Below, piece by piece: positions 51,534-59,131 of a stretch of 59,131 nucleotides of DNA; the first letter of the stretch is position 1, and every line of letters starts with the position of its first letter. The notes under the pieces are model-generated. The model made no database searches. It was not told the origin of the DNA and saw only the letters and a program-made list of their open reading frames with translations. Both the position numbers and the translations under genes were made by a program. This DNA comes from a virus (lineage: Duplodnaviria; Caudoviricetes), in the IMG/VR virus record IMGVR_UViG_3300029183_000003, positions 1-59,131 of that record; one strand, 5' to 3'.

Positions 51534-53011
51534 TAGGGCGCTATAAACCCGTGAACTTGAATGGTATGGTTGCCTGCTGCGCTAGATGTATAACCAAGAT
51601 TGACGTTAGCCGACAATTTGATTGGCGTTTTAAGTGGCATTGCAATACCACCATTGGCGGCAAAGTAGTACGGGCCAGCTTTATCTGTCGGCGATCCCGT
51701 ATTTTCAACCAACTTGATATTCATCGCTGTGTCGGTACTCATAACAATGTCGGTCACATACAAACTAAGACCAGGACCAGGTGCGGCCTTCAATTCGTTA
51801 TTGGTTTGAGCGGTACTGTTATTCTCGACGGCACTCCACAAATTAGGATGCACATCATTAACATATAATCGTCTATTCTCATCAGCGATCAGATGAGCGC
51901 GATCATTCTCAGCGTCAGCCTCGCCCGGATCAGTAGCGTCCATTGGCTTAACCACCGCGCCAATTTTAACAGGATTGCCACTGTCAGCAGCGTCATCTGC
52001 CACATCGCCAGCCACACCGGGCAATGTAGCAACATCGACATCGCCTATGTTATTTGTCCCGGCTGGCAACGCCGCAACGACATCAACTTGCATCTCAGAG
52101 CCGCTTACCGCTCCCGCGAGCGTTGTCAAGTCAGTGTTATCTACGGTTAGACTACTGCCGTTATCATCGACAGATAAAACGCCAGTGCTATTGGTTGCAA
52201 GTGTAACACGCAAAGCGCCTGTCTCGGTTCCGCCACCTGTTACCGTTCCAAAATCAGTGTTGGTCTCTATTGTGTCCAACACCGCGTTATCAGTGGCTGA
52301 CAAATTGGCCGTAACCGTGCCACTGACTATATCAACCTGCAACTCGCTACCTGACACAGTGTTGTCGAGCAATTCCACGGCAGCTTGAATTGCCGCCAAT
52401 GCTGTGTTAGCCGTTGACTGATTGGCTGATGTGGCCGCACCAGTCGGCAACGCAGACGATACAATGTCAACTTGCATCTCAGTGCCAGAGATAGCGTTAT
52501 CAAGCAATTCGACAGCCGTCTGAATCGCAGCGAGTGCGGTATTAGCGGTTGATTGATTGGCGGATGTAGCAGCCCCGCTTGGAAGTGCCGATGTGATTAC
52601 ATCAACTTGAAACTCAGTACCCGATACAGCCCCGGCTAGTGTAGTCAGTGCTGAACTGTCAATCGTAACAGAATTGCCGCCATCGGATATTCGTACCGCG
52701 CCATCAGCGTCAAGCGCAATTGCGCCAACATCACCGTCACCAAGCGTTCTGTCCGATGCGTCATAACGCCCACCAACAAGGTTGGGATTGCCCGCAACGG
52801 CGGCATTTTCCGCTGCTGCGCCTTGCACCTGTAGGCCATCAGCATCCGCGCCGATATGAACGCTTGAACCATCAGCGGATACAGCTAATTTTATACGCTG
52901 AACTAGCCCGTTACTAGTATCCTCGTCGGCACTGACTTCCGTCCCTGCCGGAACAGTGGCTAAAGTGCCTGACTGAAAAGTCACATTGTCTGCCATTATG
53001 TCACCTACCAA
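51533..53011 (-). CDS. Fibre/decoration protein with 45-aa repeats
   Basis: SGTExQVD...SALPxGAATSANQSTANTALAAIQ x2; LPAGTNNIGDVDV. Confidence 0.7.
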   Translation of the reverse strand: MVGDIMADNVTFQSGTLATVPAGTEVSADEDTSNGLVQRIKLAVSADGSSVHIGADADGLQVQGAAAENAAVAGNPNLVGGRYDASDRTLGDGDVGAIALDADGAVRISDGGNSVTIDSSALTTLAGAVSGTEFQVDVITSALPSGAATSANQSTANTALAAIQTAVELLDNAISGTEMQVDIVSSALPTGAATSANQSTANTALAAIQAAVELLDNTVSGSELQVDIVSGTVTANLSATDNAVLDTIETNTDFGTVTGGGTETGALRVTLATNSTGVLSVDDNGSSLTVDNTDLTTLAGAVSGSEMQVDVVAALPAGTNNIGDVDVATLPGVAGDVADDAADSGNPVKIGAVVKPMDATDPGEADAENDRAHLIADENRRLYVNDVHPNLWSAVENNSTAQTNNELKAAPGPGLSLYVTDIVMSTDTAMNIKLVENTGSPTDKAGPYYFAANGGIAMPLKTPIKLSANVNLGYTSSAAGNHTIQVHGFIAP

Positions 53012-54246
53012 TACCCTCTATTCGTTGTCATAAATTGCTCAGCAGCTGCCGACTCAGCAAGCACCAACCAAAAATTCTGCGTTGCTGACGACTCTGCTGT
53101 TGCAACATTGCGTGTCCAGCCATCAGAATCTAAAGACACAATTGATGCTTCAAATTCTTTTGTACCATCTGCACCTTTAATGCTAGAATGGTTGTCGTCG
53201 GTGTAAGATTCAGTGTTTGTCGGGCTTACTGCGTCTTGAAACGCCACACAAGTGCAATACTCGTCATTTTCAGTAAATGCACCCAAGGCAAACGTTCCCG
53301 CCCTATCCCCCGTCCTGACTGTATTGAATAAATCGAGCCTAGATTGCACACCGAAGCCGAATTCAGGCTGAAAACCCACACCTGTAATAGCATCGTTACC
53401 TGTAGACGTTGCGGCTGCAAGATCAATTAACTTGAAATCGTCAAGCGATCTTATTGCAATGTAGCCGATCTCTTGCGTGGTTGGCGTTCCTGAGTCATTA
53501 GAAACTTCTACACTTGTAGCATCAAAACTGGTTACACTATAAGATCGAGCTACGGCGTTACTTGTGTTATTATAAACGATATGGGAGTTTGCATTTGAGA
53601 TATATCCACCCGCTTGAGATGGATTAACCCCATCTCTGTCCCTGGTTCCCAAGGCTCTTTTGACAATTCCGCTATCATCAACTGTTATACCCGCAGCCAT
53701 GTTAAAATGCGGATTATTACCAGGGACAGACCCAGCCATCCCAAAAGTGATGAATATATTTGATTCAAAACTTGTCGATACATCTTCCGGAGTACCAGAC
53801 GAAGGTTCTGCGAAATTCCCCACTTGAACATTCTCAAATTTGAACAATAAAACCGTTAGCAGAAACCCACTGGAATATGCGACATCATGATTTATTTCTA
53901 CGCCCGCACCCGAACCAGTATCCGACAACCAAGAGCTAAACGAGGATCGGCCATCCCCGTTTACACTTCCCACTGCAAGCACCATTATACAAGAATCATC
54001 CCGCGCCCGCCTGTCCGAATCAGACGTAGTTTGATTATGTTCTGTTTGGCTAGACAATGCAAACTGGTTTGTACCATCCGTTGCGCCTACACCTATTCGA
54101 GCCTCGTCAACAGCAGTATCGTTAGCCGTTGCGCCGGAAATAATAAATATGGCACAATTCGGCGTTTCATCCATATTTGAATCACGGAATTCCTGCGTAC
54201 CCGTTGACGTATTAACTGCCGCCCGGACTAAACCATATTTAGCCAT
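53005..54246 (-). CDS. Beta-rich virion structural protein
   Basis: STGTQ, ITGVGFQP, SLDSDGWT motifs. Confidence 0.6.
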   Translation of the reverse strand: MAKYGLVRAAVNTSTGTQEFRDSNMDETPNCAIFIISGATANDTAVDEARIGVGATDGTNQFALSSQTEHNQTTSDSDRRARDDSCIMVLAVGSVNGDGRSSFSSWLSDTGSGAGVEINHDVAYSSGFLLTVLLFKFENVQVGNFAEPSSGTPEDVSTSFESNIFITFGMAGSVPGNNPHFNMAAGITVDDSGIVKRALGTRDRDGVNPSQAGGYISNANSHIVYNNTSNAVARSYSVTSFDATSVEVSNDSGTPTTQEIGYIAIRSLDDFKLIDLAAATSTGNDAITGVGFQPEFGFGVQSRLDLFNTVRTGDRAGTFALGAFTENDEYCTCVAFQDAVSPTNTESYTDDNHSSIKGADGTKEFEASIVSLDSDGWTRNVATAESSATQNFWLVLAESAAAEQFMTTNRGYW

Positions 54247-55078
54247 TGTTAAATTCCGAAATAGCGTCTTTCATTGCTTGCGTGGCACTTGCTTTCTCGC
54301 TTGGGTCATCCGCGTCAACAGATCGCAGATATATCCAATCAGCCCCAGCATTAGATAACGATTGCATTTCTGCAACCAGATTATCAACATCAGTATAATC
54401 GTCCCATACGTTAATGTGTACGGCGTATTGATGATCCCAAGGACTAGTCATTTCAATGCGTGACTTGGCGTTCTGAAAGCTGACAGTTGAGGGCTTGGGA
54501 TGTTGCCCGGGAAAATCCTCAAAACTTGGTGAACTACCCGTTTGAAAGTGAATGACAAGCCCGTAACCGTCATCCTTTGGCGTCTCGTGAACAATCACGT
54601 AATCTTGCCATTTGCCGCCCTCTGGGTGATCTGAATTGCACCGATAATCAGGACGACGTAACGCTCGTGCCGTCCCGTAATATGTGCGAACTGGCGTGTC
54701 TGGGAAATGCGTGCGAATCAATTTGTACGTGTTAAGTCTTTCTTGCTGCGTCATCGCCTCTAAAACTTCGTGCCCCAGAAAGATATGAGACATTGCCGGA
54801 TGGCCGTTCAGATGCGCGTGTGGCTCAATCTGCTCAGAAGTAACACCGTTGAGCAGATTGAATGGGAACCGCGCGCCCATGGTAAACCCTTCGGCGTCTA
54901 ACATATCAAAGTGATCAATGTTTTTTTGATGACCGCCACTCAATTCGATTGCCAGATAATGATTGACGCCCTGAGCAACAAGCTCTTGAGCTTTTGCCGT
55001 GTTATCTGACAGACTTCCAATACTCTTAAAACCAACTTTATGATAAATCCCCGCAACTGCTTTAGTCATCACAATCAC
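54239..55078 (-). CDS. Hypothetical protein, possibly glycoside-hydrolase-like
   Basis: Alternating alpha/beta pattern; function not established. Confidence 0.5.
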   Translation of the reverse strand: MIVMTKAVAGIYHKVGFKSIGSLSDNTAKAQELVAQGVNHYLAIELSGGHQKNIDHFDMLDAEGFTMGARFPFNLLNGVTSEQIEPHAHLNGHPAMSHIFLGHEVLEAMTQQERLNTYKLIRTHFPDTPVRTYYGTARALRRPDYRCNSDHPEGGKWQDYVIVHETPKDDGYGLVIHFQTGSSPSFEDFPGQHPKPSTVSFQNAKSRIEMTSPWDHQYAVHINVWDDYTDVDNLVAEMQSLSNAGADWIYLRSVDADDPSEKASATQAMKDAISEFNNG

Positions 55079-55439
55079 CTATGTCTACACATCTTATGTC
55101 CACGCCAATCGCCGCCCACTCGCTGGCAGTCAGCCCATCAGCCAGCTGCGCCAAACGTAGCATAATATCATCCAGAGACTGCCCGACGTGCGTACCGTTG
55201 TCGGCATACCAATCACGTGTCTGATTCCAACTGTCCCGCTCAAACGCCAACGCCTCGTAGGTGGCAAACATTAGCGATTCGAGTTGTTCGCCGTGCGGAT
55301 ACGGCAAGCCGCATTGCTGCTGCGCTGCCGCCGTGCCAGTGTTGTCATAGACAAATGACAGTAAAATGACAGTAAATAGTAATATAAGTGTGGCTAATGA
55401 TTGTTTGCGATAGGCTGTCACTAGACCACCTCCGGCCAT
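55062..55439 (-). CDS. Secreted or membrane-anchored protein
   Basis: Signal-like hydrophobic segment followed by TAAAQ. Confidence 0.6.
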   Translation of the reverse strand: MAGGGLVTAYRKQSLATLILLFTVILLSFVYDNTGTAAAQQQCGLPYPHGEQLESLMFATYEALAFERDSWNQTRDWYADNGTHVGQSLDDIMLRLAQLADGLTASEWAAIGVDIRCVDIGDCDD

Positions 55440-56056
55440 CTAATAATGCGCGTCTGCTGCGGGGCGACAACATCACGCGGGATGCGTAACAAGATGTCGC
55501 CTCCGTCACGTGCGGCTTGGCCGCTGAAATCGTGCCAATTCACCTCTGGCGGCTGACTGGGCGGCAACGGGGTCGGTTGTGACGACTTCGCTTTCATTAA
55601 CTGAAACACACAGAAAAAGCTGTGATGTCCCCACGTATTGCCCTGATCTTCGTCAGGCCATCCGAAGTGCATTCCTGAAACAACATCGGACGGCACGGCT
55701 AAACCATTAACAGGCCAATCGACCCGAACCGACACAGGTCTATCTGACCACATTGGGAAGTTCGTGCCCGGCTCATTCTCTGGCTTATCAATAATTGCTG
55801 TATGACTAGTCGAAATGTGCAACCTTGCGCCATTCGCTCGATTGCCATTTGTATCCAGCACGTCACAATAAATGTGATGATTGCCATTGTTTTCAAAGCC
55901 AGTCAGATGACGAACGCCAATCACGCGCCAATAATACTCGCTTGGCTGCGTTGCTTTTTCGACGGTAACGCCATACGAGGCGGCATCATTGTTTGGCAAA
56001 AAGCCGTTTTTCGCTGCCGCTATCCACTTGCGTGTGTAAAACGTATGGTCAAACAT
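55421..56056 (-). CDS. Cell-envelope-associated domain protein of a type I recall from Chloroflexota
   Basis: YWRVIGVRHL...NHHIY.DVLD..G.R...DKP.NEPGTNFPMW...H.SF..VFQ; Pro-rich linker. Confidence 0.6.
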   Translation of the reverse strand: MFDHTFYTRKWIAAAKNGFLPNNDAASYGVTVEKATQPSEYYWRVIGVRHLTGFENNGNHHIYCDVLDTNGNRANGARLHISTSHTAIIDKPENEPGTNFPMWSDRPVSVRVDWPVNGLAVPSDVVSGMHFGWPDEDQGNTWGHHSFFCVFQLMKAKSSQPTPLPPSQPPEVNWHDFSGQAARDGGDILLRIPRDVVAPQQTRIIRWPEVV

Positions 56057-56057
56057 C

Positions 56058-56924
56058 CTAACTCGCTGACATAATCATATTGATACGTTCGTCTGGATTG
56101 GTGGCTTGCGGCCTCAGCTTGACTTCCACACCGCCAATTGGTAGCGGAAAATAACCTTTAGCCTCGCCGTAGCTACTGCCGCCCATTCCAAAACCTCTAA
56201 GGAACGTACCGCAATAACCGCCGTATTTCACCTTGTTCACAACCTTGCCACTCCTGCTTGCAGTCATCACCGCCTCAAGCTGTACGCCTGTATTGTGGCT
56301 ATGCCCCATCAGGCATATGTCACAATCGTGTGTCCATAACATTCGTTGCATATTCAGTGCCTTAGCGCCTGCCAACTTGCCACCGACGAATCCGTGATGC
56401 AGATAAAATCGAATGTCCTTGGTATGCGCCTTGCGATATTCGCCTTCATCGCTCTTGTAAAACGACAACCACAACCAACCATTGTAATGCAGTGCCAGAT
56501 CGTTGGTATGGCCTGCGGCCTCTTTCACGCCGTTGACTACTTCAAGGTATACATCACGCTCGTAATGGCGCTTGACCGCTGTTTCGTGATTGCCTTCAAT
56601 CATCCCAAGGCATTTGTCGGCTATCGGCTCAAGATAAGTCAATAACCTATCTCGCTGCGCGGCGGCCAAGTCTGTCAAATGCTCGACTTTAACCCATTTC
56701 GCTAGTGACCCCGGCGAAAATCGCGGGTCTTTGCGGTTGATGTAATCGCAGTAGTCGCCTAAACCTATCCAGTAGGTATTAGGCTCACTTGCCACACGAT
56801 CACAGACTTGCTTCAGCCGCTTTTCGTCGCAATTTTCGGCGCCGATGTGTATGTCGCCAATCGGAATGATGGTGAACACATCTTCAGCCGACACGCTGTA
56901 AAATTCTTTTTTAATGAACTTCAT
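56058..56924 (-). CDS. Calcineurin-like metallophosphoesterase
   Basis: GDIHIG, GLGD..D, EGNHE, HHG, MGHSH. Confidence 0.9.
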   Translation of the reverse strand: MKFIKKEFYSVSAEDVFTIIPIGDIHIGAENCDEKRLKQVCDRVASEPNTYWIGLGDYCDYINRKDPRFSPGSLAKWVKVEHLTDLAAAQRDRLLTYLEPIADKCLGMIEGNHETAVKRHYERDVYLEVVNGVKEAAGHTNDLALHYNGWLWLSFYKSDEGEYRKAHTKDIRFYLHHGFVGGKLAGAKALNMQRMLWTHDCDICLMGHSHNTGVQLEAVMTASRSGKVVNKVKYGGYCGTFLRGFGMGGSSYGEAKGYFPLPIGGVEVKLRPQATNPDERINMIMSAS

Positions 56925-56971
56925 CTATTGCCACCGCAGATTGAAATTCTGGCAACGATGAGACTACATTG

Positions 56972-57430
56972 CTACTTGCTATCATTAGCAGCCGAAGCCG
57001 CCTTTTCATACAGAACGTTTTCTAAATCTTCGATCCAGCCTTGTATAGCCTCTGGATCAAGTGAGGATGCCGCCAATCTGCGCGGTTCACGATCTGCTAT
57101 TTGCAAAAACGCCTGAATAGTATCAGGGTCAGACTTGACAAACACATCTTGAAAGTTCCGAGCCAACGTTGCCGCATTGTCAATAGTTCTTTGAAGTCCA
57201 GGTAAATCTTCCATCAGCTCGGCTTGCTTGGCTATCGTAGCATCAACCTCAGAGTAAGAATTCTTAAGGACACCTAATTGCTCTTCTAGTGCGCGAATCG
57301 TTTTATGAATTTCAGGGCTATTAGTAGTCAAAACCTTGACTAGTTCTTCGCCCGCTTTTTTCATACTGCGCGAAGCATCAGAAGCATTTTTTAAACTGGT
57401 AGACAATCTAAATGCTTGGTCATTCTGCAT
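56972..57430 (-). CDS. Coiled-coil protein
   Basis: Heptad-rich; overlaps the upstream gene. Confidence 0.6.
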   Translation of the reverse strand: MQNDQAFRLSTSLKNASDASRSMKKAGEELVKVLTTNSPEIHKTIRALEEQLGVLKNSYSEVDATIAKQAELMEDLPGLQRTIDNAATLARNFQDVFVKSDPDTIQAFLQIADREPRRLAASSLDPEAIQGWIEDLENVLYEKAASAANDSK

Positions 57431-57767
57431 CGTCTTCTGATCCTTGCCTGACTAATCGATATTGTGTAATTCGTGAAATCGGCGACAGCATAACAAACAG
57501 CGCCGCAATGCCTAAAGCGCGAGCCACATTGCCAACATAGTAATACCCGTTGATTGCGCCAAAATAGGGCAATTCCTTGATCCCCATCTCCCAGTTGGCA
57601 AAAAATATGGTCGATTCTAGAAGCGCATTGAACGCCACCATGTTTACAAAAAACGCAAATACCTTTTGCACCAGTCCCGCATCTTCTGAATGACTAATTT
57701 TGCGTCCTATGTAAAACGCCATCGCTGCCGCTATAAAATTCATTCCTAATCTATATTCAGGCGACAA
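57420..57767 (-). CDS. Three-TM membrane protein
   Basis: Three hydrophobic segments. Confidence 0.65.
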   Translation of the reverse strand: MSPEYRLGMNFIAAAMAFYIGRKISHSEDAGLVQKVFAFFVNMVAFNALLESTIFFANWEMGIKELPYFGAINGYYYVGNVARALGIAALFVMLSPISRITQYRLVRQGSEDDAE

Positions 57768-57967
57768 TTTGATTCAGTGTCCTTGATAATTTCTCGGCAT
57801 TCTCTCGATAAGATGGTACATCGTTAACCATCCGTTCTACCGCGTGTCCATTCGCCTGGACAAGCGCGCCTAAATACTCTAACGCTTCATCCGCTTCGTC
57901 TGACCTTTGTTTATTCTCTATGTCGTCTATTCGTTTTACCGAAAAAGGCCATTGGTTAAACATCTTT

Positions 57968-58255
57968 TTAACTCTGTCCCGCATCGGATAGCCGCCTGAT
58001 TGTCGAGTCAAACTTGTCATTAAGATACTTCTGCATAGACAAGGACTCTTTGACTGCATTAAGCGCGGTAAATAGTTGCTCTGATTGCTGAGTGGTTGTG
58101 GTGATCATTGAAATAAACCGTTGGTTGTAATTGTCTTCGATCTCTCTAATTTTATCGTTTAGCCGTTGATTCTCTTTCCACAACTGCAAAACCGCTATGC
58201 TTAAGCCTAGTATCACGATGCCGGGAAGCCCTTGGCTCAACAGAAATTCTTGCAC
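57968..58255 (-). CDS. Holin-like single-TM + coiled-coil protein
   Basis: LLSQGLPGIVILGLSIAV followed by a coiled coil. Confidence 0.6.
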   Translation of the reverse strand: MQEFLLSQGLPGIVILGLSIAVLQLWKENQRLNDKIREIEDNYNQRFISMITTTTQQSEQLFTALNAVKESLSMQKYLNDKFDSTIRRLSDAGQS

Positions 58256-58369
58256 CGTGTTTCACCTTGCGTTACTAATATCCAAAATGTTAAAATCATC
58301 ATATCCCCCTGACGTTGACGCGCCAGGTGCGGGGAGTCGCGCTGGCTCCGCAGGTCAGCGCGGCGCTAC

Positions 58370-58630
58370 TTAATCGCCTACTAAATCCAACTCAGAAAAA
58401 ATACTTCTGTCCAACTCGTCAGGTAATGCCGTGTTGCGCTTAGTACGGCCCCATATGAACGTTGCCACTAATCCCGCGATAGCCACTGCGATGGTTTGCA
58501 ACACCTGCGTATCTACATCGACCATATAGGCGTCGGCGAAAAACAAACCGATCTCAACCAGGATCGCGGCCAGCATCACCTTGAATCTTTCGCTATCGAA
58601 CAAGCGTTCTTTTTCCACTTTCGACCTCAA
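58370..58630 (-). CDS. Holin-like two-TM protein
   Basis: LFDSERF..ML...TM...TFIWG. Confidence 0.65.
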   Translation of the reverse strand: MRSKVEKERLFDSERFKVMLAAILVEIGLFFADAYMVDVDTQVLQTIAVAIAGLVATFIWGRTKRNTALPDELDRSIFSELDLVGD

Positions 58631-58634
58631 ACAA

Positions 58635-58675
58635 CAAAAAAGGCGACACGCCAGCCGTTGCTGGTCATATCGCCT
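58635..58675 (-). terminator. Terminator/attenuator before the late operon
   Basis: AGGCGATATGACCAGC-AACG-GCTGGCGTGTCGCCT followed by TTTTT. Confidence 0.65.
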
Positions 58676-58857
58676 ATAGAAATTTACCCCGATAGACTAC
58701 GATTATTTTCTCTTGTGTTGCTTCAACTCGTGACCGTCTCGAAGGTTGAAATAATATTCAATCGCCTCGTTCGCGGCCAGCCTCTCGCGGATTTCTGACA
58801 AATTCCTGTTGCGAATTTTTATCCAGAACTCCCTATCGTCATTCTCTTGAAGCCATT

Positions 58858-58912
58858 CCAGAACCAATGTTCTGGTTACTGGTATAGTACCACATTTCGT
58901 TTCTAGGTTCAA
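58858..58912 (-). promoter_or_regulatory. Late promoter 1 with LexA box
   Basis: TTGAAC-17-TACTAT with extended TG; CCAGAAC-CAAT-GTTCTGG at 58858-58875. Confidence 0.75.
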
Positions 58913-59032
58913 GTAACCACCTACACCACTACATGCCACACGTCTTGACCTCTGAGACCGCCGCCTTCAACGATACGTCCACCGATCAAGCCTCTTTGTA
59001 TCCAACTCAATACAGTACGCGGCGACACGTCT

Positions 59033-59131
59033 ATCTCGTGCGCGACATCAGCCACCTTTGTATTGCCCGCCTCGACCTGGATTACAATGTCGGGATAGAC
59101 ACTTTCAAACTTGGAACTATATTTTTTTTTT
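59033..59131. repeat. Terminal overlap with 1-98
   Basis: Identical to the start except for an extra T. Confidence 0.95.

Noticed and set aside
59033-59131. Biological terminal direct repeat
   Set aside because: The ~99-bp length is typical of an assembler k-mer overlap, and it interrupts a gene.
1-59131. Integrase, reverse transcriptase (DGR/retron) or Cas genes
   Set aside because: No tyrosine or serine recombinase, YxDD RT or Cas1 motifs were recognised in any ORF, and no TR/VR pair was seen.

Overview
This window looks like a complete circular genome (about 59,032 bp after removing a 98-bp end overlap) of a temperate, long-tailed dsDNA phage. It probably persists as a plasmid prophage: it encodes ParA plus an RHH partner, and I found no integrase. 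The host is probably a monoderm, most likely Chloroflexota; this is inferred from GAAC-N4-GTTC SOS boxes, lack of recognisable spanins and recalled protein families. Layout: 1-18.8 kb is a minus-strand replication/methylation/accessory arm (initiator with iterons, DnaB, nested two-frame C5 MTase, MT-A70, MazG, two RHH-tnpB units, a non-coding RNA cluster). 18.9-28.3 kb is a plus-strand early arm (DenV, RecT-like, ParA, membrane FtsK/TraB-like ATPase, a large structured ncRNA). 28.7-59 kb is the minus-strand lysis, packaging, head and tail operon. The most unusual signals are: (i) an RNA array where tRNA-like elements punctuate anti-Shine-Dalgarno hairpins; (ii) a ~265-nt orphan structured RNA; (iii) LexA boxes directly on two near-identical late promoters; (iv) a TraB/clt-like module in a phage; (v) TnpA-less RHH-TnpB elements, one with a reconstructable empty site; (vi) a recurring promoter/5'-leader/terminator-loop pseudoknot switch. 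All family names come from motif recognition by eye, not database searches.
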